From Takakia lepidozioides (lineage: Eukaryota; Plantae; Bryophyta), in contig CM060732.1 of assembly GCA_030704615.1 (NCBI GenBank), positions 37,696,001 through 37,760,000 on the forward strand: 64,000 nt of DNA, written 5' to 3'. Of this stretch, positions 53,262 through 64,000 are shown one piece after another. The notes beneath the pieces were generated by a model that was not told the DNA's origin, ran no database searches, and saw only the letters and a program-made list of their open reading frames with translations. Position numbers and translations under genes: made by a program. Position 1 is the stretch's first letter, and every line of letters begins with the position of its first letter.

Positions 53262-54966
53262 AACATAAATACGAGGGACATATGTTGTTTCTGTAATGTA
53301 TTTGTTGTTTCTGTGAGCCATGAGTCCGTTGAAAGAAACGACAGTGAAAACCTCTCTTCAGGTGAACTGCCATTGGGATCACCACAATTGAAATATGAGA
53401 AGCAGCAAAGGTGCTGAAAAGTTTATCACAGAGCAGTTCTCCACACTTAGCATGGACAAGCAAGGATCAAGAAGCTTCTCAAGGTAGGTGGTCTGAGATC
53501 TAAGCACAGGAAAACTGGCAAGAGGTATTGGCAGTGATTTTGCTCGGTGTGACTGCGGGGAGCCAACATCTGAATACATGTTGACAGCTGTTCCTTCATA
53601 TTGCCACAAGAGATGGAGAGGTACAAGGCTTGTCAGATTGATTAATGTCAATCCAACACTTTTTGTCCACCATGTTGCAACAACAGATTTTTGTTATGGT
53701 CACACAAATGAAGGTATAACATGACCAGCTGCCAGAAGTTGTGCAGATGAAATGCATGTTCTGATTGATTACGAAATTACACTTTGTGGGGTAAGCCTGA
53801 GACAGCTTGTCAATTTGAGATTGACCCAATTTATGTAGAACTATCAGCATACTGTAGCCATCATCTAACCTGCCAACAGGGGCATATGGTATGTGCAGGG
53901 AAGGACAACATAAATCCACGGACACCACTAAGCACACCCAGGCCTGATGAAAAAAACTGTTACATGGTCTCAGGAGTTTCCAGGGAGAGTTCTCAATGCG
54001 ATGTTTCCTCACGTGATGCTCTGATCCTCCTGCTTTTCACTACAAAGCTTCCCTTAGTTTTATTTTGTGCTTTTTGTTTTGTAGTACAACGAATGGTTGC
54101 TGGGAAATAGCTTACTAATCTACTAGTGAGCCCACCTGCCTTCCCTGTCCCATCCTTCTTCTCTCCAGGGAGTGGTCCCTGTTACGGGAGGTTATGTTGG
54201 TGGGTCTGCTGAAAAGTTGCGCAGAACCAAGGCAGTGAAGTTGCAGTAGTTCTATTTTGCTTCAGGATGGGCGAAGAGTTGAGGGAGGTCGGTGATGGGA
54301 TGCTAGACCTGTGTTTAGACCATGAAGAGTGTCTCAAGCAGAAATCCTGTCTTTGAATCTGGAAAGGCGGGGTGCAATTTCTTTGTTTACTGAGACAGAT
54401 CTTTGATGTTTCAGTGGTCCAGGGAGAGTTATGAACACAAGATGGCTTTGGCATGGTATTGTGTGTGGTTCGCACTTGCTTGTAGTGTAAGTCGATTGTC
54501 AAGTATTGGCTCGAGATTTCAATCAGAGTCGTAGCTCCCTTGTATATAGTACATTCACTTATCACCCTGGACTAAAAGCAGAGTTCAATGATGCAGCATG
54601 AACTGACCTCTTGTCAGTCCAGGGAGGAAAACTGCATCAAACTCAAGTGGTGAGCCACGGCTTGGCAGTAGGTTCAATCCATGGTGCCAAATTCACATTC
54701 CAAGATTTGGTTTTTCGAGAACTTGGTAGAGAAAGGAGGATTACAAATGCCCAAACTCCTACATACCCCTAACTTATTGATAGCTAAGTTATTGAGTTTG
54801 CAAGATGACAGAATCTTTTGTTATTGACAGGTTGGACTAATAAGAGAGTTGGGGTTGTAATCCAGCTTGCGCTTGCTACCTGATAAATGTGGATCCCAAG
54901 TTGATGGAAAATAGAAACAGCTAGCAGTAGGGCCATGTTGGGACAACTTGGGATTGCATGCAGGAA

Positions 54967-55210
54967 TGTACTCGGAAGACTTTGTTTGCCATAGTCTTGT
55001 GGCCATAGTACCCATGCCCAGTTTGGATGGAAACATAGGGAATAGACACTACCTTTGCGAGGGGCTCACGCTAGTTGTGTGACTTTCCTTTATGTAAACA
55101 CTTCGTTTGTGCTTTCCGGATATACTCTAGAAAGCCATTCACACAAGCATCAACTTGTTGTGTAAGCAGCCCAAAAGCCAGACCCCAAGAGGCCGAGGGC
55201 TATAGCTTTG
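54967..55210 (-). mobile_element. Diverged copy of the same LINE 3'-end family
   Basis: TGTACTCGGAAGACTTTGTTTGCC...CCATTCACACAAGCATCAA is colinear with 41995-42240. Confidence 0.75.
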
Positions 55211-55705
55211 GGATGGACGTTTGTGTGGAGGAATGGTGTGAGAGAGAGAGCGCTGGTGGATGGGTTGCCTTGAAAGGGTTGCTACCAGTGTTGGGCAATT
55301 CTTTATTCTTGGCAAACCCCCAGCATTCCAGGACCGCCCCGTAACATGTGGAGGGGACACTATTGAGAAATTGGACATACATGGAAACTGCGAAGGTGAA
55401 GTGGGGTCATACTTTGTGCACCCAACCGGACTTGCAGCCTGAAGGCTAGTGGTTCTTAGCACCACCATAGAACCTTGTGGGCTGCAAGTTTATATTTTAT
55501 TCTTGTTTTTTTAAGGGAAACATCTGGGAGATCACCGCCGACAAATCAGGTCCCTTAAGTCAATGAGAGGGAAAACTAACCTCTTCTAGATAACCTTTTG
55601 TGAGTGCCAAGCACAAAGTTCAAGGCTTGGCACATCCCATTGACTCCATGGGGAAGACAAGACGGGGGTGGGGAAGTAATATTTAATTGGGGAGACAACC
55701 AACAT

Positions 55706-55760
55706 TTAGCCTAGTGGTAAGGGCATAAACCGCTTCATTGGTTGTAGGTTCAAACCAGTG
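55706..55760 (+). repeat. Possible tRNA-derived SINE head (similar motif pair at ~54640-54682)
   Basis: A-box-like TAGCCTAGTGG and B-box-like GGTTCAAACC at tRNA spacing, but no cloverleaf. Confidence 0.35.
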
Positions 55761-56351
55761 TTGGACGGTTTCAGTTATATATGTATGATCTCCAGTGGAG
55801 GGCGCTAGATCATGAGCTTAGCAACGTGAGCTGAACTTGTCCGAACCTGTGGATCGATTATCGTGGGGGAACTAGCCTTGAAGGGTGTGGAGAACAACAC
55901 AAATACAACTGTCATTGAACAGTAAAAGAACCCCCATTGCTTGAGTAATTGGTAGGCAATAAGCCACAAACACAATAGCACTAGAAGAAAATTTTGCTTG
56001 TGTACTTGTGACATCCCATCATCATTTAACCTGCGTAGTAGATAAACTTGACACCTTGCTTGTAGTGCTAGTTCTAAATCTGACTTCAGTTGGTTCAAAA
56101 TGCCTTAAAATAATTTGTAAGAATCCGAAAACACTGTGTGTTGATGGACTGGATGAGGGCAACAATACCGACACTTGAAAAGAATTAAAATCTAAAAAAA
56201 GAAAACATCCAGTATCAGTATCGCTAAGTTGTCAAAAGCATTTCAGGTAGATACAAAAGTCGTCCGGATAATGTCAGGAATCACCAACAGTTTAACTAAT
56301 TTAACTGATGCTATCAACTTCAAATTTTTAGCCTGATCGTTGGTGTAAGCA

Positions 56352-58210
56352 GGAAGGTGGAGGAATTGCAGCTAGAGGTTTCACTTTTACACAACAAGCT
56401 GCAGAACCTACAAGCTCAATGTGAAGAGAAAGATTCCCAGGTCTGGGCCATTTTCTGTATTCTACTCATCATTGACATGATAGGTGTTTGCCTGAGAAAA
56501 CTTCACAGCACTATGGTTCTTTTATTTCCTTCAGTCATTCTTGTACAGGTGACGATTGTCCCTATATATGCTACGAACTATTGTTGTTTTCTCCTTTGCA
56601 GATTCAAAATTCGGAAGCACACATGTCAGAGTTGATGCTTTCAGCAGAGAGGCAGGCATCAGATTATCGGGAGAAGGTGATTTTCCTTTTCTTTCTCCCT
56701 TTGTCCTACTGAAAGGTTTGTGAGGCGATTCAATGGACTCTTTATGCTTCTGATGTCATGGTCTTTCGCGTCATTATCTGAAAAGTGGTTGTTTTGCTTT
56801 CTCAGTTAAAAGCCTTGCAGTCAATGGTAGAACAAGTCAAAAAGGAAGACCGTAAATCCAGCTCAGCACCTCCAACCACTCCGAAGGCAGCAGAAAATTC
56901 ATCCAAGGGCAAAGGTTCTGGTTCCCCATTCACCTGTATAGGTTTGGGGATGGCCCACCAGATGCACTCGGAGTTGGATGCAGAGCTGTATGCAAACCGT
57001 CGGCGCATTCAAGAGCTTGAAGCTCTTGCCACGTCTCGGCAAGAGGAGGTTTGCATGTTCTTTCTTTTCTTTGTCAGCTTTTTCCTGCTTCAAGCTGTTC
57101 AGAATATAGTTTCCTTATCATAGAAACAATTAGAGCCCACCTCATTGTGTTTGCTCTCGCCCATTGTCATTTGAGTCCTGCTCTTAAGCAAAAGGGTATA
57201 GCGTCTGATTCCAGCATGAGACAGTGGTTTGAGCCCACAGCAACCTACTTGTTGTCCAGTCTTTCAGAAAGTGTGGGGAGGAATAATGTCTGGGTGGTCT
57301 GGCAGGTCTTCTTGTTAAACACAAAGCTTGCTGAAATTGAGAGCAGGAGTCACGATGTAATGTGCAGTCTGCTGGATATCAAGCAGAATGTCTCCAACTA
57401 CAAGGTACAATTACTATTTTCAACCCAGCCATCCACATACTGGTGTTGATTTGTCTGGTATGAAATTCCAGCTTTGACTAAGCGTTCCTGTGGACATATC
57501 TTGACATTGACTGTGTTGAATGCAGGATGTACAGCAAAGTGGGGAAATGCTTCCATACCGTTTTGTGGAAAGCCATCATAAACAGGAGGATGATCATTTA
57601 AGATCACAACTCAAGGAGCTTAGTGAGGAGAGAGAGAGAGGTAACTTACATGATGATGGTCCATGCTGGATGGAGCTGCATACTTTAGGATTCTTGGTCG
57701 TTGTTTCCCTATGTTGGTGGATCTCCTATGATTGTTTGTCGTTTGGTTTTGCTTGGACTTTCATATTGCTTTGTCAAGTGCAAGGCTGACATGAAATATA
57801 TTCTGCAGCTGGCTGAAGGAAATTGAACGGAGGCAAGCTGAGATGGTAGCTGCTTGTATCTCAGCCGAGAAGCTAGGCTCTCACATCCGATGAAGGTATT
57901 GTTATTCCCCCATGTCTTGTCTTTGTGTCCCTACTACAGGAGATTGGCTGAATGAATGCAGAATGAGAACATAGAGCATCAAAGAAGAATAGGGCAACTG
58001 GACCAGGAGGTTAAGAAACTTTCTGGGCAACAAAATCTCCAACAGCGCATTCATCATCATGCCAAAATCAAGGTATGAACAGTTATTAGCACATGTAGTT
58101 TAGATCAGTTAGCAGCTGAAGCCATCTTTCTGTCATTGACTCGGATCTGATGCCATGTCATTTGGCCCTCGACAACAGGAAGAGAATAATGCACTACGTT
58201 TACACGGAAT
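56352..58210 (+). pseudogene. Kinesin-12 (POK1/POK2-like) C-terminal coiled-coil exons without a motor domain
   Basis: Exons encode GSGSPFTCIGLGMAHQMHSELDAEL...RIQELEALATSRQEE, VFLLNTKLAEIESRSHDV, KLSGQQNLQQRIHHHAKIK and EENNALR. There is no motor domain between here and the PPR gene, and the frame looks disrupted near 57880-57960. Confidence 0.75.
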
Positions 58211-59579
58211 GCAGCTTGCTGCGGAGGCGTTGCTCCTCATCAATATTTGGAAATGGGGTTTTGCTGACTGCTGTTCGGTACCATGCCAGTTCATCATTCA
58301 CTCGCCCAAACAACATCTCAGTATGCCTTAGCTTGCTTGGAAGAAACCCTCTAGAACGTAGCTGGAAGGGCAACTGGTAGTTATAGGGGGAGGTGATGGG
58401 GTCGGCATTGATTTGTGATTCGTGAGACCAACTTGACAGTGGATACAGAGAAAGACGGAAAAGTGATGCTTATTTGGGTGACAAGGGCGGGGCACATTTA
58501 TGTATTAGAACGGGAATGATATTTAGTTTGACAATATATGCTTGTGTTGGTTGAATTATCTGACAGGAAGCTGAAGATGCTGGTATTGATGTGGCCAAGA
58601 AACTTGTCAGCCTCTGCACTAATTTGTACAGGCAAGTTCTCATTATTGGCTCGATTCCACCACTCCCTGCTCGCACATGGTTTTTGGCATATTCTAATGA
58701 ACACACCTGGGTTTTGCAACAACAGCTAGCAGGTTTCTCACAATCTGGAGGGGAACTCGACCATTCTTTGGCACTTGACACTTAGAGGATCACCTCCAGT
58801 AAACAGAACGAGAGCTGTCAGAAGTTAAGCTGAAGGGGTGTGTGTTGTGGATCTCTCTCATGTATGCAGTTGGCTTAGAGAGTCTTAGAGAATCTGAGGG
58901 TGGATTCTAGTGATGGTTGTGGTGGTAGGTGTTGGGTGCCTACGTTCTCTCCTGTTTTCTATTTTCCTTTGTCTCATAAGCTCTGGGTGCTTCGTGTGGA
59001 AAGTATAGTATAATCTTATTTTCTTGACTGTTTGTCTCCCTCTAGAATTTTGGGCAGGCAGACAGATTTCTGGTGACATTCTTGATTTTGAAACGGTGAT
59101 CGGATGTGGCATGCAGACAAGGATAGCAGGAGAGAAGAGACGAATGAGCAATCTTCGCGCAGCTCACTTTACAGCCTGCAAATATATCTGGACCACAAAC
59201 TATTTTTGGCCTTATCTATGATGTGCGCTAATCTACTCATTTCGCTGCAACCCAAATTTCATCTTGTCTTGAGACAAGATTGTAATGTATTGAGATGGGA
59301 GCAAGGACTCAGGAGTGTACATATCCTTGTTGTACACATTCTGTAATTTATTTGTCCAGAGTTCTGAGTTTTATTGTACAATGCATACGGCACAATCAAT
59401 TCTGATATTGCACAAAGAGGTTTTGCTTCTCTTGGCACCACACAGCACCACCACTGCTGGCTGCAAAGTTATCCTCCCCTCTTTATATGATACACACAGA
59501 AGGGATCTGTTGTCACCTTCTTTGACCAATAACCAAACACTTGGATTCCATTTGACAACCAAGCTCCTGACAAAACAGT

Positions 59580-60907
59580 TCATGGGTTCAGACTAGGTAC
59601 CAACTCACTACACCAATCACTGGCGCTGTTCAACGCTAGGGTACTCTTCAGTGCCCAATAAAAGCGGACCCACGTAAACTGCTGCAAATATGGTGACAAC
59701 AAACCGTAAAACACCCCAGCTCTCTGATAGAAAGATGGCGTAGGATTCGTGTGGCCCCCTGCTACTCGTACCAAATCCATGACTGAACGCGCCTGAAACT
59801 TAGGTGGCATGTTCATAATCACATTATCAACCTTGTGCTCATAGATCTTTCCATCCTTATCCAGTTTGTATTCCGAAGTTCCATCAAAGTGGCCTTGTGC
59901 TTCCCAAGGGACTCGTGGGACACCTCGGACAGTCCACCGCACCATGATTACCTTGTCCGATGGCTGCCAAACCCGTACAATGTCTACACAAAGAGCTTTG
60001 AAAAAGATGCGGCCATGAAACCGAAGAGCCCAAAACACAAGTTTGTAATTGTCGAGACCTGTAAAAGTGTTCAGTGGATCCCTGAATGTGATGTCATCCC
60101 TGCATTTCACATCAAAATGCCTGTCTGGTGAGCACAAGCACTATCCAAGCCAAAACAATCAATAACCACCAACATAACCCCTACAACAAACCCACAGGAT
60201 ACACGCAAGGAAGCAATTAAGGAGTACCTGTAGATGTCAAAGTTAAGTTCCTTGTAAAACATGGCAGGTAGCTCCTCTCTTAAGCTGCGAATTGCAGAAC
60301 CGGTGTTCACATAGAAATCGTCTCGCTCCGAACTCTCCTGTTTCTGCCTGGGAGGTGGAGTGGACTGCACAGCAGCACTGAGCACCGGTACAAACAAGTC
60401 TACTTTATCCACCTCATCCTTGCCGACGGATTGGCTGAACGGCACAATCCAACTGCGATACAACGTCTCCCCTGAACTACTTGCAGTTTCCGCAAACATC
60501 TTCAAACCCTCATTCTCATTCTCAGCTGCATCTCCGTCATCTTGATAAGAAACCCTGGAGTTAGCTGTACACCCCAGACTCTGCAGATCGTTCGCCCCAC
60601 CATCGGAGAACGGCCAGCCCAAGGGCGGCCGAAACACCTCCTCCTCTCCCCTCTCCGTATCCAACACCGCAGGGCAGCCGGTCCTCAACTTCGCGGATTC
60701 GCACCTGACACTCTCCCTCTCCTTATCCAAGACCGCAGAGGAGCAATTCTTCAACTTGGTGGATTCGCACCTGACACTCTTGTGACTGCCATGGCGCAAT
60801 CTTACACAACCAATTAGCCGCCCATTCTCCAGCATCTTTAAGTGAGCTTGCCCATGGCTGCCGCCCGACACGCTAGGGAGAGTTGGAGAGGGGCAAGGGT
60901 ATGCCAT
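59580..60907 (-). CDS. DUF2358 (SnoaL/NTF2-like) protein, probably plastid-targeted; exons 60907(or 60985)-60228 and 60099-59580
   Basis: FYVNTGSAIRSLREELP...FDIYR|DDITFRDPLNTFTGLDNYK...RVPWEAQGHFDGTSEYKLD...IYEHKVDN, with an in-frame GT-AG intron. Confidence 0.9.
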
Positions 60908-63482
60908 CTCTCTCACATCAATCCATGCACAGCAATGCTCCAAACCTCCACACAAATTCATGCACCTAAGCACTGCAGCATACATGCAATCTCTGGCCTC
61001 TTCTCAATGCCCTGCGATAAAGAAACCCTGAGGGAGATGAGCAGGGCGGTGTTGTGGCAGTCGACGCGTCCTCGTGCGCGTCACTGACTGGATGGTAGCG
61101 TGGTTGCGATGGATCGTCTCGACGAATAAAGACTATTCCTGCTGATGCCGGCCACGACGGCCTAAAAGCTGGGCCTGGCTAGGGTTATCGGCAACCGACC
61201 AATGACTGAACCTGAACGAGACACATACCACCTCGGAAGTGGTTGTGGGTTCGATCGTTCGATCCACTGATTGGGGTCACAAAAGTGTCCACCGTCCTAT
61301 CGAAAGGCAGTAGCCTTTGTTCATATACACACCATATTTTACGCTTTCTTAGGGAGGCATTAGTTACACTGTTCGGGTTACATGGGGCGGGGTTACACGT
61401 GGGGTTACAAGATGAGGGCTACATGGGGCGGGTTTACGGGGAGGTGGAGAGGGGTACATGGGGTCAGGGTTACATAGAGGTGAGGAATACATGGGTCGGG
61501 GTTACACGGAGAGCATACATGGGGTGAGGGTACATGGGGTTACACAGGGGGGTACATGTTACATCGAGGTGAGGGGTACATCAGGTGTCTCAGCACATGG
61601 GGTTGACGGGTACACGAGGCGGAGTTACAAGGGCTGGCCTGCATGGGTTACATGGGGTGTGGGTTACAAGGGAACTGGCGGGCCGGTGGAACCCGCGGAC
61701 TGGTGTCGCAGGACGACGCCGCGGCAGCGACGTCGTCGATGGGATGAGAGCGGGGTGGGGAGGATTTGACCGAGTCCCGTCGGCTGGCGATGGCTGCCGG
61801 AGGTTGGAAAACCGGTGGTACGGGGTGTCAGGCTATAAGAGCAATCGGTCCATAGTTGTTCCAAAGCTAACTGGAGAATCAATGAGATTTTGAAGCACAA
61901 TGGATATGTGAAGCTAAATTAGTTATAGCAATGCCGCTGTGTACCCCACTTCCAACAATTCGACTGGAAACCTTAGCGGCTTGGAGTGACTTTGTAATGT
62001 GCGGACCACCAGCTCTTCAGAAAGTGTGAGTACCTTCCGTGGGGCTGCCACAACCATCATCAAAGATGGAGAGCCTCATATAAAACAGGCTGCTAGTGTA
62101 GCCATGTTCAGGAAGCTCTAGTATCAAGTCAATCTCCTTCCTTGTGAATGCCACTCAAGCATGGTGGAGACAATGAGGGGAATATGTGCGTATGCCCAAA
62201 TGACCATGGCGAAAGGGCCAGGAGAGGGAAAGCAAAACCCAACATGTCCATAAGTCGGAATACAATCCAGACAACGGTGCCCATGTAGCTGTTATAAACC
62301 TAATACAGACGAACAGAAGCTTAAGCAGGGGCCCCGAACATACGAGATTGTGCAGCAGCTCAGGAGATCAGAGTTTCCTTGTAGACAATTATTTTTCAAG
62401 CAGGGGATGGAGTAGTTCCTCATAAGATGCTTGAAGAAGTTCACCATGGCTTTACACAAGCTGTGGGAAAATCCATGAAAGAGCAACGTGCTGGAATGTT
62501 TGAGGGGGAAGGAGAGAACTGATGACGTATGAGCTTACCAGTATGAGCTTAGTGTGAAAGTCGTGGAACTCTGCTCGGCTACTTCATAGTAGATTTGTTC
62601 ACAAAGAAAGGGCATAAGTAAATAGCCTGATATGCAAGTGTCCCCATGTGACACTACAAGTCTAGTTGTAGCATGAAGCCTAATTTGACGACCAGGGGAC
62701 TTGTCATGTGGAGACAATGTTTGGCATTCTACAGTTGGCATCGGGTTTTCAAACACTGTAATCGCACGTTTCTATTACTGCCTGATCTCCAATACATACT
62801 ATGCAACTTCTGAACTGGATTCTACCGCATAACCACAATTTAGACGGAATGGGTTTTCTTGACCCAAACTCAAACTTTCTTGGAATCCTGAACAATGTCA
62901 CCTTAGTTGAGGCAGATGTGAAGGTGTAGTTAGGCTAATAGAAAAGTACCTGTGACCGACAGAGCGCCATTAACATCATATTATGTATAGAGTAGACCTC
63001 TGAATAGACTTTAGAATGGAAAGTGGAAATTTACTGAGACCACAAGTGACCACTTTCTAGTAATGTCAGACAAGTGACATGGGTGCACCCTGCTCTCTCT
63101 TTCAATCAAAATTGTACGCAGACGATGTTCAAAATAGGCACGAGAGGCTTGGCCAGAGATCAAATGAGTGATCTGTGATATGGTACGAGCCTGTAGCCGA
63201 AGAGCCTTCCAAGGGGATATAACGAGACTTTTCATGAACATCACATTCACCTAACTGATCCATTGACGCATCACCCGGCCCTATGTCTGTGCAGTTATCC
63301 ACTTTAAATAGTCAAAATTTCGGACAACTTGTACGTAATCCAGCACACATAACAGAGTCAATATCCGATGTATTTGTTTTTGCCGAGATTTCAAGAGAAC
63401 CGATCCCCGGTATGCCGTCAAAGAGACCGTGTACACTGCGATCATCTCTCATGTGGGCTGAACTCTGTGTGACAAAGGGCCA

Positions 63483-64000
63483 TCAGAGATGTGCGTCGTC
63501 CCTCTTGCTATAAAAGCTCAGTAAGGAATCTATCCAGGCTGGGTTCGATATTGCGCCCTTCCGAGTCTTTTGAACCCTCTCAGCCTGGCACATCCAATCG
63601 TCGACGTGTGGGTAGCTCTGCACAAGCAACCTATACGGAGCATCTCCGAGGTCAAGAAGTAGAGACTGCGGGTTCTTGAAGTTTGCCTCGATCGCACGTC
63701 TAACTATTGCCTCCGAGTTGCATTGTAAGCCCACCTCAAGAATGGTCAAAATATTCTTCTTGTTGAAGTCCACGTTGCCCTCGACATACTGCTCGCATTG
63801 TTCCTTCAGGGCTGCAACCTCATATTCCGTGGCCAGCACAAGGAGGTCCATCCATATGTGCTGGAGGAGAGTGGCAGACACGGATGCCAGGTAGAAGTAG
63901 TCGACAAATGCCTCGTACACATCCTTGTCGGTAACATTGCTACCGAATCTACATCCTCCGAGCTGCAGAGACGGTAAGACCAGATCACCTCCGTTCTCCA
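63483..64000 (-). CDS. BTB/POZ-domain protein, 3' part (5' end beyond the window)
   Basis: The frame is open to the right edge. VYEAFVDYFY...DLLVLATEYEVAALKEQCEQY...NILTILEVG is a BTB C-terminus with BACK-like helices. Confidence 0.78.
   Translation of the reverse strand, partial: ENGGDLVLPSLQLGGCRFGSNVTDKDVYEAFVDYFYLASVSATLLQHIWMDLLVLATEYEVAALKEQCEQYVEGNVDFNKKNILTILEVGLQCNSEAIVRRAIEANFKNPQSLLLDLGDAPYRLLVQSYPHVDDWMCQAERVQKTRKGAISNPAWIDSLLSFYSKRDDAHL

Noticed and set aside
54640-55760. tRNA genes at A-box/B-box-like motifs
   Set aside because: No acceptor or anticodon stems can be folded; at most these are SINE relics.
61370-61670. Interstitial telomere
   Set aside because: The units are GGGTTAC-type and interspersed, not tandem TTTAGGG or TTAGGG.

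Overview
This is eukaryotic nuclear DNA from a land plant with flagellated sperm (bryophyte, lycophyte or fern grade, inferred from a CFAP99-like gene, GT-AG introns and PLS-DYW PPR genes). The left end holds both thiamine-precursor synthases head-to-head: THI1/THI4 (minus strand, runs off the window) and a 5-exon THIC (plus strand, 669 aa). THIC has a TPP riboswitch in its 3' UTR with a visible splice-control platform. A ~6 kb tandem duplication then copies the THIC 3' end, a second intact-looking TPP aptamer and an intron-containing Uma2/PD-(D/E)XK nuclease-like gene (intact in copy 1, broken in copy 2). The middle is TE debris: a TA-flanked MITE, Gypsy integrase, hAT transposase, a hAT MITE in a satellite, and truncated LINEs in TC-rich sites. 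The right half has a HORMA/OSB-PDF/PPR pseudogene region, an F-box/LRR gene, a CFAP99-like gene, a histidine-kinase remnant, an intact PLS-E-DYW PPR gene with probable upstream PDF-like exons, a kinesin-12 (POK-like) tail remnant, a DUF2358 gene and a partial BTB gene. All calls come from reading the sequence by eye; no searches were run.
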